Part shown: in pieces, positions 27,869 through 34,539 of the stretch
How the letters are laid out: every line of letters begins with the position of its first letter
How positions within the stretch are numbered: position 1 is the stretch's first letter
Source: a virus
Lineage: Duplodnaviria > Caudoviricetes
Direction: 5' to 3' (one strand)
Virus record (IMG/VR): IMGVR_UViG_3300011434_000016
Coordinates: 1 to 36,101 of that record
DNA: 36,101 nucleotides
Made by a program: the position numbers and the translations under genes
The notes under the pieces: model-generated
The model's input: only the letters and a program-made list of their open reading frames with translations
Told to the model about the DNA's origin: nothing
Databases searched by the model: none

Positions 27869-28108
27869 TCAGTAGTCCTCCGGCCCCCACGCCTCACCGG
27901 CGTCCATCGGCGACCAGTCGGCCGGTGCGTGCACCGGGTAGCGCTCGTTGAGCTGGTCCTCCAGCTCCAGGCGCCGATCCCAGTGGAACTCACACCGCGG
28001 GAACGCCTGGCCGGTACCGCTCAACGGCATCCGGTACTCGATCATTCCCGCGCAACCCTCCGACCCATCGCCCGCATTGATGCACTCGTCGGGCTCTACC
28101 TCGTCCAT
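27869..28108 (-). CDS. Array gene, 79 aa acidic Cys/His protein
   Basis: C...C.G.IEYR.PLSGTG..FPRC..HW...APADW.P.DAGE.W; follows an exact repeat. Confidence 0.78.
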   Translation of the reverse strand: MDEVEPDECINAGDGSEGCAGMIEYRMPLSGTGQAFPRCEFHWDRRLELEDQLNERYPVHAPADWSPMDAGEAWGPEDY

Positions 28109-28195
28109 GTCGGTCTCCCTCCGACGTGCCCTGGCCCTGCTGGCCGGGGCCCAGCGACCGGCCGGGCCACGACAGCCCGGCCGGTCCTTTGTAGA

Positions 28196-28384
28196 TCACA
28201 CTGCGTCGCAATCGCACAGTGTCGTGAAACGGGTTGGTCGGCGCAGCATCTTCCACGAAGGATGGCGCTTAACGACGCGCCACCCTTTGGGAACGGGCAG
28301 CCCGAGCGGCACGGTCTGCTCCAGGTGTTCGCGCTCTCGCGCAGCCCCGCAGTCGGGGCAGCGCTCATCGACCCACACGCTCAT
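28196..28384 (-). CDS. Array gene, 62 aa, CPDCG...CDC
   Basis: ATG 28384 follows an exact repeat. Confidence 0.72.
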   Translation of the reverse strand: MSVWVDERCPDCGAAREREHLEQTVPLGLPVPKGWRVVKRHPSWKMLRRPTRFTTLCDCDAV

Positions 28385-28542
28385 GTCGGTCTCCCTCCGA
28401 CGTTGCTCGGCCCCGCTGGCCGAGCTGAGTGCCCCGCCGCCGTGTCGAACGGCGCGCTTCCCCTTCGGGGCCCTACGGTGTTGGTCGGGGGATGGGAGTG
28501 TCGTCAGCATTCCCATCCCCCCTATCCGTCTGTCAGGCAGCG

Positions 28543-29220
28543 CTAGCTACGTCGTGTAAACGCGGCGCCGCACGTGTCACAGTGAGCCTTGAAATCATCA
28601 GAGGCGGTGCGGACCTTGACCGGGCGCTCGCACTCGCACTCCCACAGCCGCAGGCGCGACCCCGACCCCTTCCCCCGGCTCGTACCACCCTTGGTGCCGA
28701 CCCCGGCCGAGCACGGCTTGGGAAGCACGATGTGCAGCCCCGAGCCGCCCCGCATGAACGCGGGCGAGCCGTCCCCGATCTCCGCCGCGAGGGCGTGGAC
28801 CCGGAAACGCAGTGCTGGGGCGAACATCGCCAGGCGGTACACCTGGCCCGCGGCCTCGGGCTTCACTGTGAACCCGAGCGAAACCGCGGCTTCCTTCCAT
28901 GCGCTGCCGTGGCCGGACCCCCATCCGGCGAGCACGTGCGCGAGTTCGTGGAGCGTGGTGCCAGCGAGCTGGACAAACGACTCCTGTGCCGACGCGGCGA
29001 CCTCGATCACATCGACCCGACCGACGCCGTTCTCCCACGCGTCGTAGTGGCAGACGCCTCGGTAGGAGCCGTCGCCGATCCCGTAGAGCAGTTTCGCGTG
29101 ACGCAGTCGCGCGGCTTGCTCTGCCGTGATGGTTCCCTCTGCCTCGGCGTGCGCGATGACGGCGTCGCGAGCCGACTGGAGGAACCTCTCGTGCGTCGTG
29201 GTGTGAGCTGGTGCAGACAT
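28543..29220 (-). CDS. SprT-like zinc metalloprotease
   Basis: TTLHELAHV...GHG..WK and C-terminal CEC...CDTCG zinc ribbon. Confidence 0.8.
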   Translation of the reverse strand: MSAPAHTTTHERFLQSARDAVIAHAEAEGTITAEQAARLRHAKLLYGIGDGSYRGVCHYDAWENGVGRVDVIEVAASAQESFVQLAGTTLHELAHVLAGWGSGHGSAWKEAAVSLGFTVKPEAAGQVYRLAMFAPALRFRVHALAAEIGDGSPAFMRGGSGLHIVLPKPCSAGVGTKGGTSRGKGSGSRLRLWECECERPVKVRTASDDFKAHCDTCGAAFTRRS

Positions 29221-29305
29221 GGCCTGCTCCCTTCCCTTTGTAGGGTGGGCGGCCCCTGATGGCCGCCCTAGCGGCAGGCGGGGCCACGACAGCCCCGCCG
29301 GCCTT

Positions 29306-29476
29306 TCAGTCCTCGCTGCTGTGCCGCCCGCAGACCGGCGTGAGGATCCACTCGATCGCCGTTCCGTCGCAGCGCGTACCGCGGGCCCGTGTGCAGCCGC
29401 ACCCGAGCTTGGTGCTCGTCACTGGTGCGATGTCTGTCACGTGGTTACGGCCGTTGCATGTGTGGAGGAGCTGCAT
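29306..29476 (-). CDS. Array gene, 56 aa Cys-rich (not in the ORF track)
   Basis: Translated by hand: MQLLHTCNGRNHVTDIAPVTSTKLGCGCTRARGTRCDGTAIEWILTPVCGRHSSED; follows an exact repeat. Confidence 0.7.
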   Translation of the reverse strand: MQLLHTCNGRNHVTDIAPVTSTKLGCGCTRARGTRCDGTAIEWILTPVCGRHSSED

Positions 29477-29560
29477 TGTCGGTCTCCCTCCGACGTGTCC
29501 GTCCCTAGTGGACGGACTGAGCAGCCGGCGGGCCCATGACAGGCCGGCCGGCCTGACCGG

Positions 29561-29782
29561 TCAGCCGTTGGGCCGCATCCTCCAGATGGGCGCCTGGGCT
29601 GGCCAGTCGAAGGTGATCTCGTCGGGCACGACCGCGGCCATGCTGGCGTAGGCCAGGCCGTGGATGCGGACGACGTCGTTGTGCGCGCCGGTCCGTTCCA
29701 CGTCCAGAACCTCGATGCACTTGGTGGCGTCGTAGCTCATGACGGTGTCGCCCTCGGCGACCTCCGCTGACTTGATCCACAT
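29561..29782 (-). CDS. Array gene, 73 aa
   Basis: Follows an exact repeat; bracketed by 45-bp identical direct repeats. Confidence 0.75.
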   Translation of the reverse strand: MWIKSAEVAEGDTVMSYDATKCIEVLDVERTGAHNDVVRIHGLAYASMAAVVPDEITFDWPAQAPIWRMRPNG

Positions 29783-29866
29783 GTCGGTCTCCCTCCGACG
29801 TGTCCGTCCCTAGTGGACGGACTGAGTGAACGGCGGGGGCTCACGCCGCCCGCCGCCCCTTTCGGA

Positions 29867-30082
29867 TCAGATCTCCACTGACGACGTGGTCTGGCGGATC
29901 AGCCGGTACCGAGTGGTCGGGCTGGTCGCCCGCAGCGCCTGGAGGCGTTCGCGGCCCGCGTCCTCGGTGTCGTAGCCGACCCGCGGCAGCGAGAACATGC
30001 CCTCCGGCAGTTCCGCGGTGTTCGCCCAGTACTCGTAGCCAGTGACCCACGCCTGCACGACGTAGATGGTGGTCAGGTCCAT
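29867..30082 (-). CDS. Array gene, 71 aa
   Basis: Follows an exact repeat. Confidence 0.75.
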   Translation of the reverse strand: MDLTTIYVVQAWVTGYEYWANTAELPEGMFSLPRVGYDTEDAGRERLQALRATSPTTRYRLIRQTTSSVEI

Positions 30083-30163
30083 GTCGGTCTCCCTCCGACG
30101 GACGGTCCCTTGTAGACCGTCAAAGCGAGCGGCGGGGGGTTCGACCCCCCCGCCGCCCTGAGT

Positions 30164-30340
30164 TCACGCAGCGATTACCTCGCCTGCCACCACGGTCTCA
30201 ATCGCGTCGAGGAGAAGCTCTTTCGCCGAGCAGTAGGACTCGAACGCGGTCTGCGTCCGGGTCCGGTCCAGCTCGATGACGGTCGCCTCAACCTTGGCGA
30301 GCAGGATCGTGAGTGCCTCGCGGGTGCTGAGTTTGCCCAT
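30164..30340 (-). CDS. First array gene, 58 aa helical protein
   Basis: MGKLSTREALTILLAKVEA...; follows the repeat variant GTGGG-AGGGAGA-CCCAC. Confidence 0.72.
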   Translation of the reverse strand: MGKLSTREALTILLAKVEATVIELDRTRTQTAFESYCSAKELLLDAIETVVAGEVIAA

Positions 30341-30359
30341 GTGGGTCTCCCTCCCACAG

Positions 30360-30933
30360 GACCGTCCGGAGTGGACGGTCGGAGTGGACTCTGCGGGTGC
30401 TGCCCCCGCCGCTGGTCTCACGCCCTGGTGCTCGATCGGGCTGCCTACACGTCCGGCTGGGAAAGTCCATGGGCCCCCGGGGCGCAGCTGGGATGGCTGC
30501 GGCCGCGCCGGGGGCGGGTTGTGTTCCTGAGGCTTCAAGAGGGGCCGAGGCGCCCGACTCTCACGGGCCCTGGCCTGTCTTGCGGTCTCATGAGCGCGTC
30601 TCTTAGGTCGGCAGGCTTTCACTGCAGCGCGGCCCTCGCGGGCACTCCTCCGTGGATTTGCTGTGGACCGTCGTCGGGCTTGCACCGACCGCGGCGATTC
30701 TCGCTCGGCCCCTCATGGAGCCTCAGGCGTTTTGGATCTTTGTGTTCCGCGGGCGGTCCCATCTAGGTTTCTCAGTTCCGGCGGTCCGGGGGCTTTGACT
30801 TCGGGTTCCGTTTCCTCGCGGTGGGCGACTGCTGTGCCCGCTTCCCTGGTCTTCCCCGTCCGGTTTCCCGTCTCGGAGTGGCTGGGCGCCTTTGGAGTTG
30901 TCCGGCCCTCGCGGGCCCTTCTCGTTCCCTTGC
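30360..30933 (-). ncRNA. Candidate large structured non-coding RNA or leader (~570 nt)
   Basis: No credible ORF. 24-nt helix 30704-30727/30526-30549, three T-loop-type hairpins, several GNRA-capped stems and A-rich linkers on the - strand. Begins just after a promoter. Confidence 0.65.
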
Positions 30934-30939
30934 ACCCCA

Positions 30940-30981
30940 AGTGTAACACACGCGCGTGTAAACGCAAACACACGCGCGTGT
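30940..30981 (-). promoter_or_regulatory. Leftward promoter overlapped by two palindromic operators
   Basis: TTGCGT (30967-30962), 16 nt, TGn-TACACT (30945-30940). Perfect palindrome ACACGCGCGTGT at 30948-30959 and 30970-30981. Confidence 0.7.
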
Positions 30982-31131
30982 TACTCCAGGGCCGCAGTCC
31001 TGACCAGGGCATACGTCCAAGTGACGCCCGCGCGTTTCCGCAGGTCAGGGGCTGTCAAGGGAACGAACCGGACGACTTTTCAGGTTGTCCGGTTATGCGG
31101 CGTGATGTTCGCCACATCCGCCGGACATGGC

Positions 31132-31170
31132 GAGGGCCGGCACCCCACGGAATGGGTGCCGGCCCTCTTT
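31132..31170. terminator. 14-bp hairpin, probable terminator
   Basis: GAGGGCCGGCACCC / GGGTGCCGGCCCTC, followed by TTT on +; lies just downstream of the minus-strand operon ending at 31184. Confidence 0.65.
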
Positions 31171-31183
31171 GGACGCCACGGGG

Positions 31184-31498
31184 CTACGGTCCCGCGCGTC
31201 GGTCTTCCGTGGAGCGGATCAGTTCAACCAGGCGACGGGCGACGTCTTCGGGCAGCGGCGGGGCCGCCTTCACAGCGGCGGCGATCCTGGCCTCGACGCG
31301 GGCGACGGCCAGGTCGTTGCGGGGATGGCAAGCCGCTGGCGGGCCAGCGCGGCTCTCATGATGCGGGCGGCCCGGGCCAGCTTCTCCGGGTTGTCGATAG
31401 CACGCTCGGCGTGCCACACCGGCGGCGGCTTCGGTCGCGGCCGCGCGCGGGCCGCTCTGGGTGGGAGGCCCGGCCGCCCCTTTGCCTGCCCGGGTCAC
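31184..31498 (-). CDS. Small APPL-motif protein (5' half may be frameshifted)
   Basis: C-terminal ARIAAAVKAAPPLPEDVARRLVELIR; GTG overlaps the upstream stop. Confidence 0.45.
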   Translation of the reverse strand: MTRAGKGAAGPPTQSGPRAAATEAAAGVARRACYRQPGEAGPGRPHHESRAGPPAACHPRNDLAVARVEARIAAAVKAAPPLPEDVARRLVELIRSTEDRRAGP

Positions 31499-31695
31499 GA
31501 CCCGCCACCGTCCACAGAGGACGCGGCGTGGCGGGCGCTGGCGCGGGCGCGGCGGGCCCCCAGCGCAGGGCGCAGGATCCCCGCGAGGCGGTCAAGCTGC
31601 TCGGCGGTGAGCGTCGCCTTGCTCTCGTCGAGCATGCGCAGGTGGTAGTCAGCGGTCCCGCGGACGGCGGCGGGCCTCTCGTCGGTCCGGGTCAT
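31495..31695 (-). CDS. Small APPL-like protein
   Basis: ADYHLRMLDESKATLTAEQLDRLAGILRP; ATGA coupling. Confidence 0.6.
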   Translation of the reverse strand: MTRTDERPAAVRGTADYHLRMLDESKATLTAEQLDRLAGILRPALGARRARASARHAASSVDGGGS

Positions 31696-31814
31696 GACCG
31701 GCCACCGTCGGGTGGAAGCAAAAGCACCGCCAGCCGGGCCCGCTGGGCCTCGGTCAGTGGCGGTGCGGCGGCGACAAGATCCCGGATGTACGCGTTGCGC
31801 AGCTCGCGCCTCAT
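31692..31814 (-). CDS. 40-aa APPL-motif protein (not in the ORF track)
   Basis: Translated by hand: MRRELRNAYIRDLVAAAPPLTEAQRARLAVLLLPPDGGRS; ATGA overlaps at both ends. Confidence 0.65.
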   Translation of the reverse strand: MRRELRNAYIRDLVAAAPPLTEAQRARLAVLLLPPDGGRS

Positions 31815-32146
31815 GCGCTGGCCTTCCGGTCATCGACGAATGTCCAGGTCTGGCCGCCGTCGGTGCTCACGGCGGCCGAGTCCCGACGGTTCTGCCAGAG
31901 CGGCGAGGCGGAGATCGCTGAGCGGTCTTCCCACTCCTCGGGGTCGGATGTGAGCGGCGAGAGGGTTCGGAATTGCAGCAGGGCATGCAGCTGCTCGACC
32001 GCGATCATGGCTGTGCCGCCGGAGTGGCCGCCATATGAGGCGAACGCGGCGACGGCGGCGACGATGCTGGCGGCGTAAGCGGGTGATTCTTCGGTTTGGC
32101 CGGATAGTTCTAGCTCGCGCCGGGCGTGGTCTACGAGGTTGCTCAT
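31811..32146 (-). CDS. Conserved-looking phage hypothetical protein
   Basis: AAAGGGAG SD; HARRELEL...GHSGG.A...L.PLT.DP.EW...WQN.R...S.DGG.TW. Confidence 0.75.
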   Translation of the reverse strand: MSNLVDHARRELELSGQTEESPAYAASIVAAVAAFASYGGHSGGTAMIAVEQLHALLQFRTLSPLTSDPEEWEDRSAISASPLWQNRRDSAAVSTDGGQTWTFVDDRKASA

Positions 32147-32494
32147 GCGCTCCCTTTCGTTGGGATCGGTGTGGGGCCTTGCGGTCGTCCGATGTGGACG
32201 GCACTGAGCTGAGCGGATGACTATTTCAGCCGCCAGCCGCCACCACGCGTCGCCGGCGGCCCCTTCATCCACAATGGTCCGTGCCGGCCGCAGGATCGCG
32301 GCGAGGCGGATCAGCTGGTCATCCGTCAAGGGCGGCGCGGCATCGACCACCCGCTTGAGGGCTGCCTCGGTGCGCGCGGCGGCCTCGGCCTGGCGGGCCT
32401 GGGTCACATGGTTGATGTCTGCACCGACAAGCCGCCACCCGACGCCCGTACCGGAGCCGGAGGGCCCGGTGCCCCCGGTGCCGGGGTGCGTCAT
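32147..32494 (-). CDS. APPL-motif protein, in frame with the downstream gene without a stop
   Basis: ALKRVVDAAPPLTDDQLIRLAAILRPAR; ATG 32494 overlaps the upstream stop. Confidence 0.5.
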
Positions 32495-32814
32495 AGCGGC
32501 CCGCCCGGCAGGTCAGGTTCTTCGTCGAGGCCGTAGAGCCACGACCGCGTCGGGACGTCCCCCGGCACCGGGAAGCGCCGCATGACCGCCCGCCACTCTC
32601 GCTCCGACAACTCGACCCGGTGACACCACATCGTGATCAGCACGGTGGCCTGGGCCCGGTCCAGGTCGGCCCCGAACGCGATCAGCGCGCGCCACGCCTC
32701 GACCACGATCGGGTGTGCGTCCCACCCGTCGCCGAGGACCGGCATCGACGCGGCCTGGGCTTCGGCGACGCTGGCCCGCCGGATGGCCCACCCTGGATCG
32801 TCCTGGCGGCTCAT
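32491..32814 (-). CDS. Hypothetical protein, paralogue of the 33700 gene
   Basis: LGDGWD.H...RRFPVP...SWL..LDEEPD shared with 33700-34539. Confidence 0.72.
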   Translation of the reverse strand: MSRQDDPGWAIRRASVAEAQAASMPVLGDGWDAHPIVVEAWRALIAFGADLDRAQATVLITMWCHRVELSEREWRAVMRRFPVPGDVPTRSWLYGLDEEPDLPGGPL

Positions 32815-33002
32815 GAGTGCTTCTCCCGCAGGTGGCCCTTGAGTAGCACATCCCGCACGGTGTCAACGTCTGCCTGGCTGCATCCCAGGCGGGTCGCCAT
32901 GACCCGCACCATCAGCATCTGCTCGTCGGTGCTGGAGGCCGCCATGATCACGGACCGGTGGAGCTTCCGCTGCCGTTCGGTCAGGTCGCCGGGTTCCTTC
33001 AC
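32811..33002 (-). CDS. Small hypothetical protein
   Basis: GTG/TGA coupling with both neighbours. Confidence 0.55.
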   Translation of the reverse strand: MKEPGDLTERQRKLHRSVIMAASSTDEQMLMVRVMATRLGCSQADVDTVRDVLLKGHLREKHS

Positions 33003-33112
33003 CGGGGCCCCCAATAGGCCATGATGAGGGCGATCACGAGGGCGAGAATCACGGCCATGGCCACCGCCCCGAATCCGAGCGTGAGGATCAGGGCGGCTCG
33101 CGTGCGGGTCAC
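32999..33112 (-). CDS. Single-TM peptide (37 aa)
   Basis: ALILTLGFGAVAMAVILALVIALIMAYW; coupled start and stop. Confidence 0.55.
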   Translation of the reverse strand: MTRTRAALILTLGFGAVAMAVILALVIALIMAYWGPR

Positions 33113-33324
33113 GACCGGCGACCGAAATGGTCGATCACGGCGTTGCGCTCGGCTCGGTTGAGCTCGGCCGTGCGGGACCACAGGTTCAGTAGCGCAATGG
33201 CCTGCCAGTGGTCTTTCAGAGGGACCGCGAACGCCTCCATCGCGGTGATGGCGGTCTGGACGAGATCCTCTGGGCATGGGTCGGTCGACTCGTGTTCTAG
33301 CTGCTGGGACGGTTGAATGGCCAT
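33109..33324 (-). CDS. Hypothetical protein, distant paralogue of 32491/33700
   Basis: AGGAAG upstream; V..A..AM.AFA...D...A..L..LW....L...E..A....F. Confidence 0.65.
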   Translation of the reverse strand: MAIQPSQQLEHESTDPCPEDLVQTAITAMEAFAVPLKDHWQAIALLNLWSRTAELNRAERNAVIDHFGRRS

Positions 33325-33452
33325 GGGTCAGGACTCGCTTCCTGATCAAGGGCCCGGTCGTTCGCCGCCAGCGTCCGACCGGGCCCGTCCTTGTGGAATG
33401 CACCCCACCGTACGCGGGGCGTGGCCCACTGTCACCCCACGCGTGACTTCTA

Positions 33453-33491
33453 TCGACACGGCGCGGGTGCACCCCTAGGATCCTGCGCATG
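33453..33491 (+). promoter_or_regulatory. Rightward promoter, leaderless
   Basis: TCGACA (33453), 17 nt, TAGGAT (33476), 7 nt, ATG 33489. Confidence 0.65.
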
Positions 33492-33698
33492 ACACACATC
33501 CCACAGCCCCCCCCGTTAGTCGACCTGTCGGGCTTCACCGTCGCCGAGCTCCTCCAGATGTCCGAGGAACAGGCCGCCCTTGACGAAGCGATCCGCCGCC
33601 ACATTGCGGCCGCCGAGGAATCGGGCAACTCCGGGGAGACCGAAAGCGACGAGGACGCGGCCAAACAGGGCGTCTCCCGATTCAACTCGGCGCTCTGA
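33489..33698 (+). CDS. Small acidic protein
   Basis: LVDLSG.TV.ELL......LD.AIRR, then an acidic tail ending SRFNSAL; leaderless promoter. Confidence 0.65.
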   Translation: MTHIPQPPPLVDLSGFTVAELLQMSEEQAALDEAIRRHIAAAEESGNSGETESDEDAAKQGVSRFNSAL

Positions 33699-33699
33699 G

Positions 33700-34539
33700 A
33701 TGGCCCGGGGAAGGCGAGGCCGGGAGCGCGCCCAGCTCGGCGAGCAGATCTTGCGTGCGGTCAGCACGGTGCCCAACCACGCCATCGCCGATGAGGTCGA
33801 GCTCGACCGAATCCGCGCGACGCTGCCAGAGGGCGAGCTGCCAGAGCGACTGGGCGACGGCTGGGACGATCACCGCCGTGTCCAGGCCGGCTACCGGGCC
33901 ATGGTCGCGTTCGCTGGGTCGATAGACCGGCGCTTTGCTTCCACCCTGGTCGAGCTGTGGTACTACCGCGACCGGCTCTCCGAGGAGGAGTACCGGGCGC
34001 TGCTGCGCCGGTTCCCGGTGCCCGAGGACACCGCGCCCGACTCGTGGCTGTTCCGTCTCGACGAGGAACCCGACGCGACCGCCGCCCGGTACCGCGAGCT
34101 GCCGGGCGTCTCGGTGCCCGATCCGTACGCCGGCGCACCCGGCCTGCCGTGGCAGGCCAAATGTTCCCGCGACCAGGACGTTCTCATGGCCGTCGAGGCC
34201 GAGGACGGCCTGTTCGTGGTGGCCATCCGGGGCCGAGGCTCCGTCTACCTCAACCCGATCGAGGCCCGGGCGTTGGGCCGCGCACTGGTGAAGGCGACCG
34301 GGGGCACCGGGACCTCTCTGCGCGGCGACGAAGAGGACCGCATGCGCCCAGTGGTCGAGGCCGCTGAGGCGAGCGTCGACCGGGTCCGACGCTTGTACGG
34401 GGTGCTGGAGCCTTCAATCGTGGTTGACGAAACGCTAGCGCTGGCCGCCGCGGTCGACGTCTACCGTTCGTCCGCCCCACGAGACGGTCAGGCCGCCGGC
34501 AACTCGTCAGTGGCCTCGGACGCCACCCAGGACCGGTAG
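33700..34539 (+). CDS. Multi-module hypothetical protein
   Basis: ATG 1 nt after the upstream stop; contains the domain shared with 32491; L.P.EARALGRAL and LAAAVD.Y modules. Confidence 0.7.
   Translation: MARGRRGRERAQLGEQILRAVSTVPNHAIADEVELDRIRATLPEGELPERLGDGWDDHRRVQAGYRAMVAFAGSIDRRFASTLVELWYYRDRLSEEEYRALLRRFPVPEDTAPDSWLFRLDEEPDATAARYRELPGVSVPDPYAGAPGLPWQAKCSRDQDVLMAVEAEDGLFVVAIRGRGSVYLNPIEARALGRALVKATGGTGTSLRGDEEDRMRPVVEAAEASVDRVRRLYGVLEPSIVVDETLALAAAVDVYRSSAPRDGQAAGNSSVASDATQDR

Larger units (their letters stand above)
26286..30384 (-). repeat. Twelve copies of a structured start-associated element (SD hairpin GTCGG-AGGGAGA-CCGAC-ATG plus upstream hairpins)
   Basis: Exact + strand GTCGGTCTCCCTCCGAC at 26939, 27787, 28109, 28385, 29478, 29783, 30083. 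Variants at 26286, 27222, 27517, 30341. Degenerate copy at 29221. Confidence 0.92.
1047..30965. repeat. Dispersed asymmetric 11-mer GCGTTTACACG
   Basis: + strand at 3246, 11802, 16207; - strand at 26056, 28553, 30955; 10/11 matches at 1047 (-), 17922 (+), 24023 (-). Confidence 0.75.

Noticed and set aside
26286-30384. CRISPR array
   Set aside because: Repeat spacing is irregular (~260-840 bp), the intervening sequences are intact ORFs started by the repeat, and no cas genes are present.
26286-30384. Classical integron with attC sites
   Set aside because: No integron integrase in the window and no RYYYAAC/GTTRRRY boxes bounding the elements.
30790-30933. Cobalamin riboswitch (AAGGGAA, GCCACU, GGGAAG words on the - strand)
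   Set aside because: AAGGGAA is not followed by the CGGUGnAAnnCCG hairpin, no clear B12 box is present, and no B12-related gene lies downstream. An Rfam scan should still be run.
30341-31361. ORFs across the ncRNA/promoter region (30341-30766, 30663-31361, 30713-31012)
   Set aside because: No SD, no GC3 bias and low-complexity translations; the region is better explained by RNA structure and promoter elements.
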